Below, piece after piece: positions 53,501 through 64,000 of a stretch of DNA of 64,000 nt. Numbering within the stretch: position 1 is the stretch's first letter; every line of letters begins with the position of its first letter. The notes under the pieces were generated by a model. That model was not told the DNA's origin. It saw only the letters and a program-made list of their open reading frames with translations, and searched no databases. The stretch is from Eledone cirrhosa (Eukaryota): the NCBI GenBank assembly GCA_964016885.1, contig OZ024748.1:40052001-40116000 (forward strand), read 5' to 3'. A program made the translations under genes and the position numbers.

Positions 53501-54140
53501 TTCGTTTTGTTGTAGGTATTTTGTTTTCAGGAGGTGGGCGTTTTGTTTGTGATGTTTTTGTTGTTTGTGTTGGTGGTTGTATGTTTGTGGTAGTGTTTGC
53601 TGGTTTTTTGCTTTTGTGATGTCTTTTCTTTCTTTTCGAGCGATGGGGTTCTCCCTCGTCTTCACTGGGTGATGGCGAGATAGCCTCATCTGTTGTATCG
53701 TCTGTGTGATTGGAGAGGGGTATGTCTTGGGGAGCTGTTGTGTCTGTATGTGATTTTGCAGTGGTTTTAGGTGGAGTGGGGTTGGGTGGGACTGTGTTTG
53801 TTGTGGTTATTTTTGTGTGTTGGCGTTGTTGTTGTTGTGGTGGTATTGGTGGTTGTGTTGTTTTGATGGGTGTCGGCAGAAGAGCCTTTTTTTTATTCAT
53901 TAATTTAGGACAGGAAGCCCTCAGGTGACCCCCTGCTAAAGCAATGGTAACATGAAGGCCACCTACCCTCAACCGAAAAGTTTATGTAAGTGAGTCCGTC
54001 CAGGAGTACACGTTGTGGGATCATAGCTATTCGCTCTGGGCTCATTTGCACCAGAACTTCAATGCTAGTCCCATTGAATACATCTCTGGGGGACTTGCCT
54101 ACTGACAGTATTTTGTCACTACCAACGCTTGATTGGGTCT
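50541..54140 (-). mobile_element. L1/Tx1 LINE copy B: 5'-truncated, internal deletion removes the APE domain
   Basis: ORF2 RT and C-terminus at 50778-53440 (AYADDV, CPRC) joined directly to ORF1 sequence (HLRASCP, VEGR); same 3' terminus as copy A. Confidence 0.9.
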
Positions 54141-54257
54141 ACTCCACCCCCTCCCCTCTTTTTCCTACTGGCAGGTTTAGCCACCATCTCCCCTAATAAT
54201 TTGCAATCACAGAATTACTACTGACTTTTGACAATCACTTTGACCATATATGGAATT

Positions 54258-54351
54258 ACCCCTTGAGAAGATCGGCTATTTAAATACCAGGATAAATTTT
54301 CATTTAGTCCAGAATTAGCCGTCGAAACGGCTTGAGCTCAGCCGTCGGGGT
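54258..54351 (+). ncRNA. Type I hammerhead ribozyme with U3:A8 covariant core
   Basis: ACCCC-TTGAGAA-GA(T)CGGCTA(..)TAGCCGTC-GAAA-CGGCT(TGAGCTC)AGCCG-TC-GGGGT: stem I 5 bp, stem II 8 bp plus a bulge, stem III 6 bp, GUC site at 54346. Confidence 0.82.
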
Positions 54352-54607
54352 CTTACTGGTTCCTATTACCCACTCTACTACCCCAAGTATTGAGTACTTT
54401 GGTGCGTTATGGTCCACCTGGTTCCTTACTACATTTCCTTCGTTATATATATATATATATATATAAGGGTTAAAATACTGGAGCGTGTTGGAGTAAAACA
54501 ATATTATAGAAATGACAGTAAGAGGTATAGCTCAATGTAATTAAACAGAGCCGAAGAATTATGAAAGTAAAACAAAGAAGCCTTCAATACATCAAAAGTC
54601 TTTAATA

Positions 54608-54645
54608 GCCAACAATGTTTCGTCCTATTAAGGACTCATCAGGGC
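54608..54645 (-). ncRNA. Minimal hammerhead ribozyme (canonical core)
   Basis: GCC-CTGATGA-GTCCT(TAAT)AGGAC-GAAA-C(ATT)G-TT-GGC. Confidence 0.72.
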
Positions 54646-55327
54646 AAATAAAACAACAAGAAGTATTATCGGCCAATACAAGCCAGAAACTCCGAAGAAT
54701 ATGGAGTGTACATACACTAAAGTATTGCAAGATTATGGGTAAAAATATATAATAAAAATCACCAAGGAGGAGTATAACATTTAGAACCATATTACAAATA
54801 TAGTCCAAAGTAAAAAAAATCCTAGAGCTAAACAAAGGTGGTTATATAGAGCAGGTATTATATATAATACAATATAATATAATATAATAATATTAAAATT
54901 ACAATAAAAATCAAAAGGTACAATATACATATGTATATATATACGCACACGTACGCACATATACACATACATCAATACACATATCCATCTTCAACAGCAC
55001 AAATTAAACCTTATTAAGAGTTTAAATATAAATAAGCATGATAGGAATAAAAATAATAATAATAATAATAATAATGATTTCATTTATTGGCCACAAGGGC
55101 CGACATATAGGGGACAACACAATAGACAGGGACAGTGGGGGTTTACATAGAGATCGAGTAAGTATAAATAACAAAAAACAAAATAACAATAAAAATACAA
55201 CAATGAAAGTTCCCCAATAAGAGGGATCACCACCCAGGGTTGACTCAAGCACCCCACCAGTCCTGAGCCACCCGACGCTCCTAGGGCACCCGGGAAGGGC
55301 ACCCCTCTCCTTCTCGAATTCACCAGC

Positions 55328-58300
55328 CTACAGGCGCATGATCAGAGTAGGCCCACTCACGCGGGCCATTCTCGCCACATTCACCCACCTTTCAGTAAAT
55401 GTACTGGGGGGCAGCACTTCTCTCTCCACCCTCACCTTCCTTTCCAAGTGAAACTTGAAGAAGTTGATGAGGGATTGGCCGAAGAGAAAAGTGTCTGTCT
55501 TCAGTCCTTTCAACCTGGTCCACCATGCAACCTCTTTCGCTACTGCCACCAGGCAGAGGAAAATTGCCTGCCCTTCCTGACCAAAAGAAGGCGGCGGGTC
55601 AATCTTCACTATGGACTCGGACGATAGCCGGATCCGTTCTACACGCGACAATAGCTGTTCGACATAACCCCACAAGTCAGCAATGCACGGACACTGGACG
55701 AGTGCGTGCAGAACGGTTTCGTCGCTCTGCGCGCATCTCGGGCAGGTTCGTCTGACAGCACTTCCGTGCCTGTAGAGTTTATCCCGAACCGGCAGCGCCC
55801 CCCGGTAGCACTGCCAAGCGAGGGATTTCTGGAAGTTATCCATCGTCCCCGGCTCGAAAGTCCTCCGGAACATACAGGTCAGTTCTACTTCGTTGACGCC
55901 TAGAGCCTCTCCTAGTACGTCATCGTACTTGCCCTCCACTAATCCTCTATAGAAATCTTGAGTGGAAGTTCCACTGACCGCATTGCCAACCTTGCAGAGT
56001 GCAGTGAGCGACTGGCAACATTCCAGATGCCAGTCTCCCAGTCTCGGTCTCTTCCTGACCCAGGACTGCAGCTCAGTCAAAGAGATGAGCTGCGGAAAGG
56101 CCCGTCTAACAAACGGCGACCACACCTGTTCACCGTTTAGGCAAAATATCTGGAGATGTCGCAGCCTCAGCGCATGTCTGCGCATCATTAGCCACGGCAT
56201 GCCCAGCCCTCCACGAAGAGGGTGCTGGCAGCAGATGGACCGCCTCACCAACGGGACCCGTCCCCTCCACAAAAATTTGAAAAGGAGCCGTTCCAAATTG
56301 GCGAGGCGTGGACGGGGGCAAGGCACGACGGTCAGGCGGTAGTAGATGACGGACGCGATGTACGCGTTCGCCACCTCCACCCGCCCTTTCAGTGATAGCT
56401 TTCTCTCAGCCCATTTCTGGGTGAGGTTGGCTATCCTGCTCGTCACCTCGTCCCAATTCTTATCCACCTGGAGGTCTGGTCCGAACCAAACTCCGAGCAA
56501 CTTTACCCGTCCGTCTGTCCAGCGCCCAACGACGCTGTTGGACGGCATGGACTTGCCTCTCCAGGTGCCGAGCTGCAAGCCCACCGACTTTTCCGGGTTA
56601 AGTTTTGCTCCCGTCAACCTTTCATATTCCTCCAAATGGGTGCGGATCACCTCGATTTCCGAGGTGTCCGACACCATCACGGTGATGTCGTCCGCATAAG
56701 CGGACGCAGCCTTTCTACGTCCTGGTTCGAGCGGGATGCCCTGCAACAACTCCAGCTTCCGCAGTAGAGGCTCAAGAGTCAATACGTACAGAAGTGAGGA
56801 GAGAGGGCACCCTTGACGGACCGATCGAGAGATCTGAAACGGTTCCGAGAGGTGGCCATTAACTTTGACCACCGAGCAGATGCCGCTGTACATTGCAGCG
56901 ATCCAGCTTCTGAAGACGGGGCCGAAGCCAGCCGCCTCGAGGACAGCCTCCAAGTACCGATGGTCGACCCTATCGAATGCTTTCGATTGATCTAAATTGA
57001 TCAGAGCCCCACCGAAGCCAGGTTTGCACCCAACCCTCTCTATGATGTATCGCATGAGGTGGAGGTTGTCGTGTATGGACCTGGTCGGGATTGCGCAAGT
57101 TTGCGCCTCCCCAACCAAATCTTTGACGACAAGCGCCAACCTTTTCGCTAACACCTTGGCCAAAATCTTAAACTCTGTGTTGAGCAGGGTTATGGGCCTG
57201 AAATTATCTAGTGTGTCCCTCTTGTTCTCGTCTTTCCTTATCAGCGTCACTACGCCACGGCTCACAGAACTGGGAATGCTCCCGTTCTGCTGCCAGTTGC
57301 AGTAGAGCGCTTCGAGGAGATCGGAGAACAAGTCTGGCATATTTACGTAAAGCTCGTAGGGCAGACCATCCAAACCGGGTGACTTGCGACTCGAGCAGCC
57401 GACAAGGGCGTCCTGAATTTCGACTGATGTTATCGGCTCTTCGCAGCGCTCAGCGTCGGCCGTCGAGAGGCGTGGCAAGCCGTAGAGGTAGGGACTGAAG
57501 TCCGCCGCCGTCTCCGACTCACCCATCCTCCCGAACAATCGAGCAAAGTGCTGGCGAAAGGCCTCACACATCTGCTTGGAATCGCTCAGTTCGTGTCCAT
57601 CTCGATCCGTCAAAGACCGAATTGTGGTTTTATTTCCACGCTGCGTCTCTGCAAAGCGAGCCCATCGGGCAGCTTTGGTTCCCTCGTTCCTCAGAGCACG
57701 CGCCTTAGCTCTGACAATGCAACCTTCGTGTTTCGCATTGAAGAAATGGTCTAGTGCCATTCTCGCCGCTAGCACGTCCGTTGCAATGCCACTACAAATA
57801 GCCTCGTCTAACTTAGCTATCAGCCCCTCCTCCTTTCTATTTTTCTCTATTGCTACTTCTTTGCTAAATCCTATCGAGGTTGCTCTAATCTCTCTTTTGA
57901 GAGCCCCCCACCACCTGTTGTTGACAACCCCCCTGTCAACTTTTGCTTAACTAAGTTGTTGACCCGGTCCCTGTAAGCTTTACGTGCCGGAAACGACATG
58001 TTTAGCTTCCAGTAGCTAGGTCCTAACCTACGTGTCTTATCTAGGTCGACCATACAGATCACAAGCTTGTGATCTGAATAGGCAACCGTTTTAAAATGTG
58101 GACATCCTACACTATTTCTATCTCTTTTCCTAATGAAAATCCTATCTATGTACGATCTAGATGACCCTATGCGTTTGGTCCAGGTCCCTACTGGCGCATT
58201 AGGGAAATCTAGTCGGTACCTGTCAGACAGTTGAAACTGGCTGATCAGGTACTTGAGGCTTTTGCACCCCCCGCTCCTATCAGATACTCCCACACAATCC

Positions 58301-58746
58301 CAGCGTGCTTCTAAGATGCCATTCCAATCCCCTATTAACAGTAAAGGGCGAGACGTAAGCAGAAAGTTTTCCAGGCGCCTAAAGAAGTTCGGCCGACCGG
58401 CCCCAGTAGGGGCGTAGACGGCCACCAGTCTAAAGGCACCACCTTCGCCATTGCTCACGTCCAGGACCACCAACTTTCCGTCAGGATCCCGGAAGATTGA
58501 CCTTACCTCGAGATCCAGACATTTCCTAAACAGCACAGCCACTCCACCTCCCATTCCAGGCCGACTAACAGATACAAAGATCTGATAATCGTCGAAAATC
58601 GGCGCCAGTGCGCGTGTGTCGGAAATTCTGGTCTCGCTGATGGCAATTACATCCATTCCTAGTGACCTGAGGTCGTTGAGCAAGTGACCTTGCTTCCAGG
58701 GCGACCCCAGGCCACGAACATTTAAACTTCCTACTCTTATGGCCAT
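55328..58746 (-). pseudogene. Tx1 ORF2 (APE, RT, zinc finger), one frameshift near 57930
   Basis: 291-aa APE piece (SLNVRGL, ISETR, IGDWNG, IDRIF, SDHK) plus 815-aa RT piece (AFDRVDH, RQGCPLS, YADD, CPRC). Confidence 0.95.
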
Positions 58747-58775
58747 GCTGGCAGGATGAATGGGAGAGGAAAGGT

Positions 58776-60686
58776 TTACTTACCTTTCGGGGTCTTGTGA
58801 AGGTCGGGTGGTTCGACCTCCATGGTTTGTGGGGTTTCTTTTGGGAACCCCTTTAATAGTCTTGAAGTGGGTTTTACGTTCGGGGTTCCCACATCCCGAG
58901 GAAAGCTCTTTCGAATTTCTTTGTATGAAGCGAGCGACATTCGCATCAGAAGCAAATTATCTGGTACGCGAAATGTGCTCGCTTCAAATGTTTCCCCCTC
59001 TTTTTCGATGTTTGTGCTTCGTGCTACATGGGCCACAATTCCTTGTTGGCCCTTCTGGCAAGCACGAAGTTTTTAATGTTTTGTTGCTCGGGTTTTATTT
59101 GTTCGTGTGATTGTGGTGGTGATAGCTTTGTTAGTGTTGTTTCTATTGTGTCTGCGTTTGTTGTGGGTGGGGGTGTCTGTAGTTTCTGATGTTTGTGTGT
59201 CTATTTGTTCTTGTGTCTGTTTAGCTTGTTTGCGTTTGGGGGATTTTGGTGGTTGTGTTGGTGATGCTGTGGGGAAAATGTTTGTGTGGGTGGTGTGTGT
59301 ATTTTTTTTGTGGGGGTGTTTGTGCTTTGTGGATTTCTTTTTTTTTTGTGTTTTGTTTTTTTGTATTTTGGGGGACTTTGGTTTTCCCTCATCTTCACTG
59401 CTGGAGGATGAGGGGTCTGTGGCTGTGATTGTGTTTGTGTCTGAGTGAGTGTTTATGTTCTTGTTCGTGTGTGTATTTTGGGGGGAGGGGGAATGGGAGA
59501 GCTTTCCTCGTTTCCCCACTGGGTGTGCAATTTTGGTGGTTCCATTGTTGACGGTGTTGCTGGTGGTCCTTGTCCCGGCGTCGCCAGCAGTGGAATCTTT
59601 CGACCCCTTGCGCTTTTCGGCAGTTGAGGGCAGAAGGCTCGCAAGTGTGTCGTTTCCCCACAAAGGAAACAATGCGGCCTTTTGCCCTCAGTCATTATAT
59701 GCAACACCCTCCCGTTTTGGAGGCGGATGTGGTCCGGGATTGCTTTTACGTTTTCGAGTCTGATTTGGAGCAGTATCTCCAGATCAACCCCGGACCAGTC
59801 GTCCCTGGCAGTTCTCGTTGCCTCTACCGGGACTGTATCCGTTCCTTCCACGATTACGCAACCCAGGAGCCACCACATATCAAGTCCTGGTGGAATCCTG
59901 GGAATGCGCACACGTGCTATTCGTTTTCCCATGTGGGAGGGGTACATTATGACCTTGCTGGTTTTGCAAGGGGTCATTGAATGCTTCACAGCGAGGGCTT
60001 CAGACTTGAACAGCACCGAAACGGTGCCGTATTGCCTGCCCCTCTCTATGAAGTCTGTGTCCTCTCTGATGTATTTCAGTGCGGCTTCTATATCAGCTTG
60101 GGCGATTATCGCTGCCCTCTTTGTCTCTACTAAGATGCATCTGAAATGCACCGTTCTTTTTTCCACTGCCTCAATGGCTTCTGCCGGGACAGTTAAGTTT
60201 GCCCAGGTCTGCTCTTGATTTATGATTTTCCAGGCCTGGGCCAACTTTTCCTCTCTGTTGGTTAAGTCGATGCTGTAGCATGGTCTCCTTTTAGCCGCTG
60301 CCAAGGCAGCGAAGGTGTTCTTGTTGGTGTTGTCACTGTTGTTGTTCTTGTTGGTGTTGCTGCTGCTATTGCTGTTGTTGTTCTCCCCTGTGTCGTGGTT
60401 ACCCTCTGTGCTGTTGGCCTTGTTGGTGCTGCTGCTGTCGCTACTATTACTCTCTGTGCTGTTCGTTTTGTTGGTGCTCTCGCTATTACCACCTTCTGCG
60501 CTGTTCGGCTTGTTGGTGTTGGTGTTGTCGCTGTTACCACCTTCCGCGCCGCTCGGCCCGTTGGTGCTGGCACTGTCGCTGCTCACACTCGTGCTGGTGG
60601 CGCTCCTCGCCCCACCTCTCCTCTCAACGCTCAAGTCGCCGTTGCACGACAGCAGACCCGCCTCTAGGGGGGCGTGGCTCCGCCAT
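58776..60686 (-). pseudogene. Tx1 ORF1 with Ser/Asn/Thr-rich N-terminus and CCHC knuckle, frameshifted
   Basis: Likely ATG at 60686 (one base out of frame at a G6 run), ERGRQYGTVSVLFKSEAL, CFLCGETTHLRAFC, C-terminal MEVEPPDL. Confidence 0.85.
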
Positions 60687-62144
60687 GTTTTTTTGAGAAA
60701 AAAATTATTATTTTTCCAAAATAAAGTTCAAATATTTGGGCCAAAAGGCCCAAATATTATGAGTTATTCCTTCACAGGATACAAATGAATGTCTTATAAT
60801 GCTTCAGCGGTACAAAAAAATAAACAATTCTCCACAATTAATCCTCAAAAAATTGCTTACTCGCGGAGCTTCAAAAAACGTACATCCACTTTCGTCAATA
60901 ATAATAATAATACATATACCCAATATACATGAGGTAATAATATGATATTATTATAAGTAGCACATATAATATATAATAAGCTATACAATTATATACTATA
61001 TAATATAATATAATAGAATAGATAGTCTCCGGTTAATTTACACAAACAATATAGATGTCACAATAATACTATAATAATAATATAATATAATAACATATAT
61101 AATATACAATATATAATGGCATTGAAGTTAACAAATCAATTCATATAGAGTTACAGAGTAGGTGAGGAAAATAAATTGTACAATATCCAAAATTATGATG
61201 GTACAAAAATATAAACATCGTACATGGTATATAAAGTTTAACATATCACATTGTTACATATAATCAACGGTAAGTAATAAGGATCGATGGTCCTATAACC
61301 AATACAATATAAAATAATTAACATAATATAATATATAATTACTTATAATTACAAGGTTGGTAAACAGACAAAAATATATGTGGATGAGTGAGTAAGGGCC
61401 AGACAGTAAATATAAAGCACAGTAGTATTACAAATAAAATAAAATAAAATAAAATAAAATAAATAAATAGATAGAATCAGCCGGAAATTAAAAAACAAAA
61501 ACAAAAGTATACATTCAGGTCTCACATGCCGTTAAGTAAAAACTTAGGAAATAACCCCGGTAAATGACTCGAAAACCCTATTTGATAAATTAATATTAAA
61601 AAATGCTTCAAATATCCAATAAGGCAATACTATATTAGCTATAGTTTAAGTAATCAAAGTTTATAAACGTTAATATTTCATTACAAATAATTACAAAAAG
61701 GAATGACATTTTTTACTATCATATACATAACGATATCTAAAAAACTGACTTAAGCAGAATTATGGTAGGCTAATAGGGACAGAAATAGAGAAATATATGG
61801 AGGATACAAAGGGGCATAAAATCATAGTCCATATACTAGATTAAATATTAGAAAGGAGCGTAAAAGATGGGGGAGGATTAAATATAATCATAATCTATTT
61901 GGAGGGGTTGACAATAAGTTTATGTGCGCATGGGGGGGGGGGGTTATCCAAAGAAGAATCCAAATAAAAATAAAAATAAAATAAAATAAAATAAAGTAAA
62001 ATGAAATAAAATAAAATAATGTAAAATATATAATCAGATATATACTCATAAGGTGTTAATAGTGAAAATTTAATGCGTAAGAAGATAGATATGGTATAGT
62101 AGCCAAAAGATTATGAGAGCTAGAATAAAGAGTTGTCAAAAACC

Positions 62145-62295
62145 AATGATAATAATTGTTTCTACTTTTTGGCACAAGGCCAGCAATTACCCAGTACATT
62201 ACTGGTACTTTATTTTATCGACCCCGAAAGGATGAAAGGCAAAGTTAACCTCGGCAGGATTTGAACTCGGATCAGAAAGGGGCGTAACTCGGTAC
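62145..62295 (-). mobile_element. 5'-truncated SINE
   Basis: Reverse complement of the 35547 family, including GAGTTCAAATCC and GGGGTCGATAAAATAAAGTACCAGT. Confidence 0.85.
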
Positions 62296-62706
62296 TAAAA
62301 ACCAATGATAATAATGATGATAATAATGGTGGTAAACAAAAAACAAAAAGAATCTAAACTAAAAAATAAGTAATGGAACATATCAGCTAACGGATACAAT
62401 TTATAGTACTAGAACCTTTAGGTTTATAATAAAAGTAAGAATTAGAAATAACGTGGGGGCAAGAAGAGAATATCTCAGACTTTCTATTAAGTAAGGATTC
62501 GCTAGAGAAAATTATAGAGTGTGTCTCGAGGATACAGAGATTACAAAATTTAGTATATATATATAGTAATAAGCAGCGATTCTTTGCTTAAACTTTTGTA
62601 TATATATAGAGAGAGAGAGATACATATAGATATATATATATGTATATGTGTATATATGTGTGTGTATATGTATATATGTGTGTATATATATATGTATATA
62701 TAAGTT

Positions 62707-62963
62707 TAATCTAACCCTAACTCTAACCCTACCTCTAAATTTAAGTTTAATTCTAAACCTAACCCTAACCCTAACTCTAACTCTAACTGTAACCCTAACC
62801 CTAACTCTAACTCTAACCCTAACTCTAACCCTAACTCTAAACCTAACCCTAACTCTAACTCTAAACCTAACTCTAGCCCTACCTCTAACCCTAACTCTAA
62901 ATCTAACTCCAACCCTACCTCTAACTCTAAACCTACCTCTAACTCTAACCCTACCTCTAACTC
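62707..62963 (+). repeat. Degenerate telomere-like tract (TAACCC/TAACTC)n
   Basis: Same hexamer mix and strand as 38250-39050. Confidence 0.9.
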
Positions 62964-63380
62964 TCCGGCCATTCCCTGGTTAACTTTTTCAAGTTTCACT
63001 TGAAGAGGAAAATCAAGGTGGAGAGGCAAGTGCTGTCTTCTAGTAAGTTTGTTGAAAGGTGGGTGAAAGTGGCGAGTCTAGTCCGAGTGAACGGGCCCGC
63101 TCTGAGGATGCACCTGTAGACTGAGGAGTGGGAAAACTGAGAGAGGGCGCTTGCCCTGGTGGTCAGGGTGGCCGTGATCTTTTGTGTGGTTTTCGCCACG
63201 AGTGACCCTCTGAGGTTTCCCCCTTTTGGGGGAATTTTTGTTGTTTGAATTTTTTTTTTTTTCTAACATGTTATAACCTTTTTACACGGCCAAAACCCAC
63301 TTTGTATTGTCGTGTACTGTTCTGTGCCGTCTGTAATGTTTTTCTTCCTGTTAGCCCTTGTGGCCAATAAAGAAACCATT
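62964..63380 (+). mobile_element. 3' fragment of an L1/Tx1 LINE (copy D)
   Basis: GHSLVNFFKFHLKRKIKVERQVL..ERWVKVA..VNGPALRMHL* is homologous to the ORF2 ends of A, B and C; ends CCCTTGTGGCCAATAAAGAAA. Confidence 0.88.
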
Positions 63381-63384
63381 ATTA

Positions 63385-63790
63385 AGGGTCGGACACCATG
63401 CTTTGACGCATAGTTACGGCCCTTGCCATTCTGAGTTCAAATCCCGCCGAGGTTAACTTTGCCTTTCATTCTTACGGGGTCGATAAAATAAAGTACCAGT
63501 CACGCACTGGGGTCGATTTAATCGACTTTCCCCTCCCCCAGAATTGCTGGCCTTGTGCCTATAGAAGAAATCATTATTATTATTGTTCTGGGCGGTGGAT
63601 TGGCAGTATCGGTAGAGGGTCGGACGCCATGCTTTCCAGTTAAGTTACGTCCCTTTACGATCTGAGTTCAAATCCCGCTGAGGTTGACTTTGCCTTTCAT
63701 CCTTACGGGGTCGATAAAATAAAGTACCAGTAATGAACTGGATAATGTCTGGCCTTGTGCCTAAAGTAGAAACAATTATTATTATTGTTC
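63385..63790 (+). mobile_element. Two tandem tRNA-derived SINE copies (63385-63585, 63590-63790)
   Basis: Each has GAGTTCAAATCCCG..GCCTTTCAT..GGGGTCGATAAAATAAAGTACCAGT and an (ATT)n tail; the second has an A-box-like TGGCAGTATCGG. Confidence 0.88.
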
Positions 63791-64000
63791 TTTGAGACTC
63801 AGTCATTGATGTTATTTAACTGGAAAGTTTGTTGAAATGAATATCAAGCCGCTACCTGCAGCCTCAGATATTCAGGACGTATTGGAGGGTTCTTGCTGTT
63901 CCCAGCAAGCATGCCTTTTGAAGTGTTCCAAAAAGCGGGGCTGGACTAATCTTCTTTAACCATCCTTGGAAACTCTTTGAGATAGTACCTAGTGCGCCTA
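63790..64000 (-). mobile_element. 3' end of an RLE-type (R4/Dong-like) non-LTR retrotransposon; continues off the right edge
   Basis: 63998-63864 translates GALGTISKSFQGWLKKISPAPLFGTLQKACLLGTARTLQYVLNI*, matching the GALG...LQKA.LLGTAR C-terminus of R4-clade ORFs; 3' end abuts (TAA)n. Confidence 0.75.

Larger units (their letters stand above)
55078..60896 (-). mobile_element. Near-intact full-length L1/Tx1-clade LINE (copy C) within (AAT)n
   Basis: 5' end GACGAAAGTGGATGTACG, ORF1, ORF2, 3' end CCCTTGTGGCCAATAAATGAAA; (AAT)n on both flanks. Confidence 0.95.

Noticed and set aside
44810-60788. Many plus-strand ORFs over the Tx1 elements (likewise over gypsy 31158-34907)
   Set aside because: Antisense shadows of minus-strand retroelement ORFs with no recognisable domains.
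60900-62140. Hidden structure in the AT-rich spacer
   Set aside because: Only low-complexity (AAATA)n and ATA-rich sequence; no ORF, stem or repeat family could be supported.

Overview
Eukaryotic, repeat-dominated, heterochromatin-like DNA with no intact host gene. The SINE and MITE families resemble those of coleoid cephalopods (Octopus); this is an inference. Bases 1-27974 are one 48-bp satellite with nested higher-order duplications, and its monomer matches the TTAA-CCCTTT terminus of a piggyBac-like MITE lying 1.3 kb downstream. The rest is a nest of transposons: a head-to-head Penelope-like element (GIY-YIG endonuclease fragment) with a decayed Ty3/gypsy element at its centre, three same-orientation L1/Tx1-type LINEs in microsatellites, CR1 and R4/Dong 3' fragments, tRNA-derived SINEs, a 27-bp satellite and degenerate (TAACCC/TAACTC)n tracts. 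Three signals stand out. (i) There are at least four different hammerhead-ribozyme families in (TA)n-flanked tandem or palindromic elements; two carry the compensatory U3:A8 core (UUGANAA) and one sits in a 483-bp retrozyme-like tandem unit. (ii) Splice-site-like motifs bracket ORF1 and ORF2 in the Tx1 elements. (iii) The satellite appears to derive from a transposon terminus. All structures were read by eye; no search or folding program was run.
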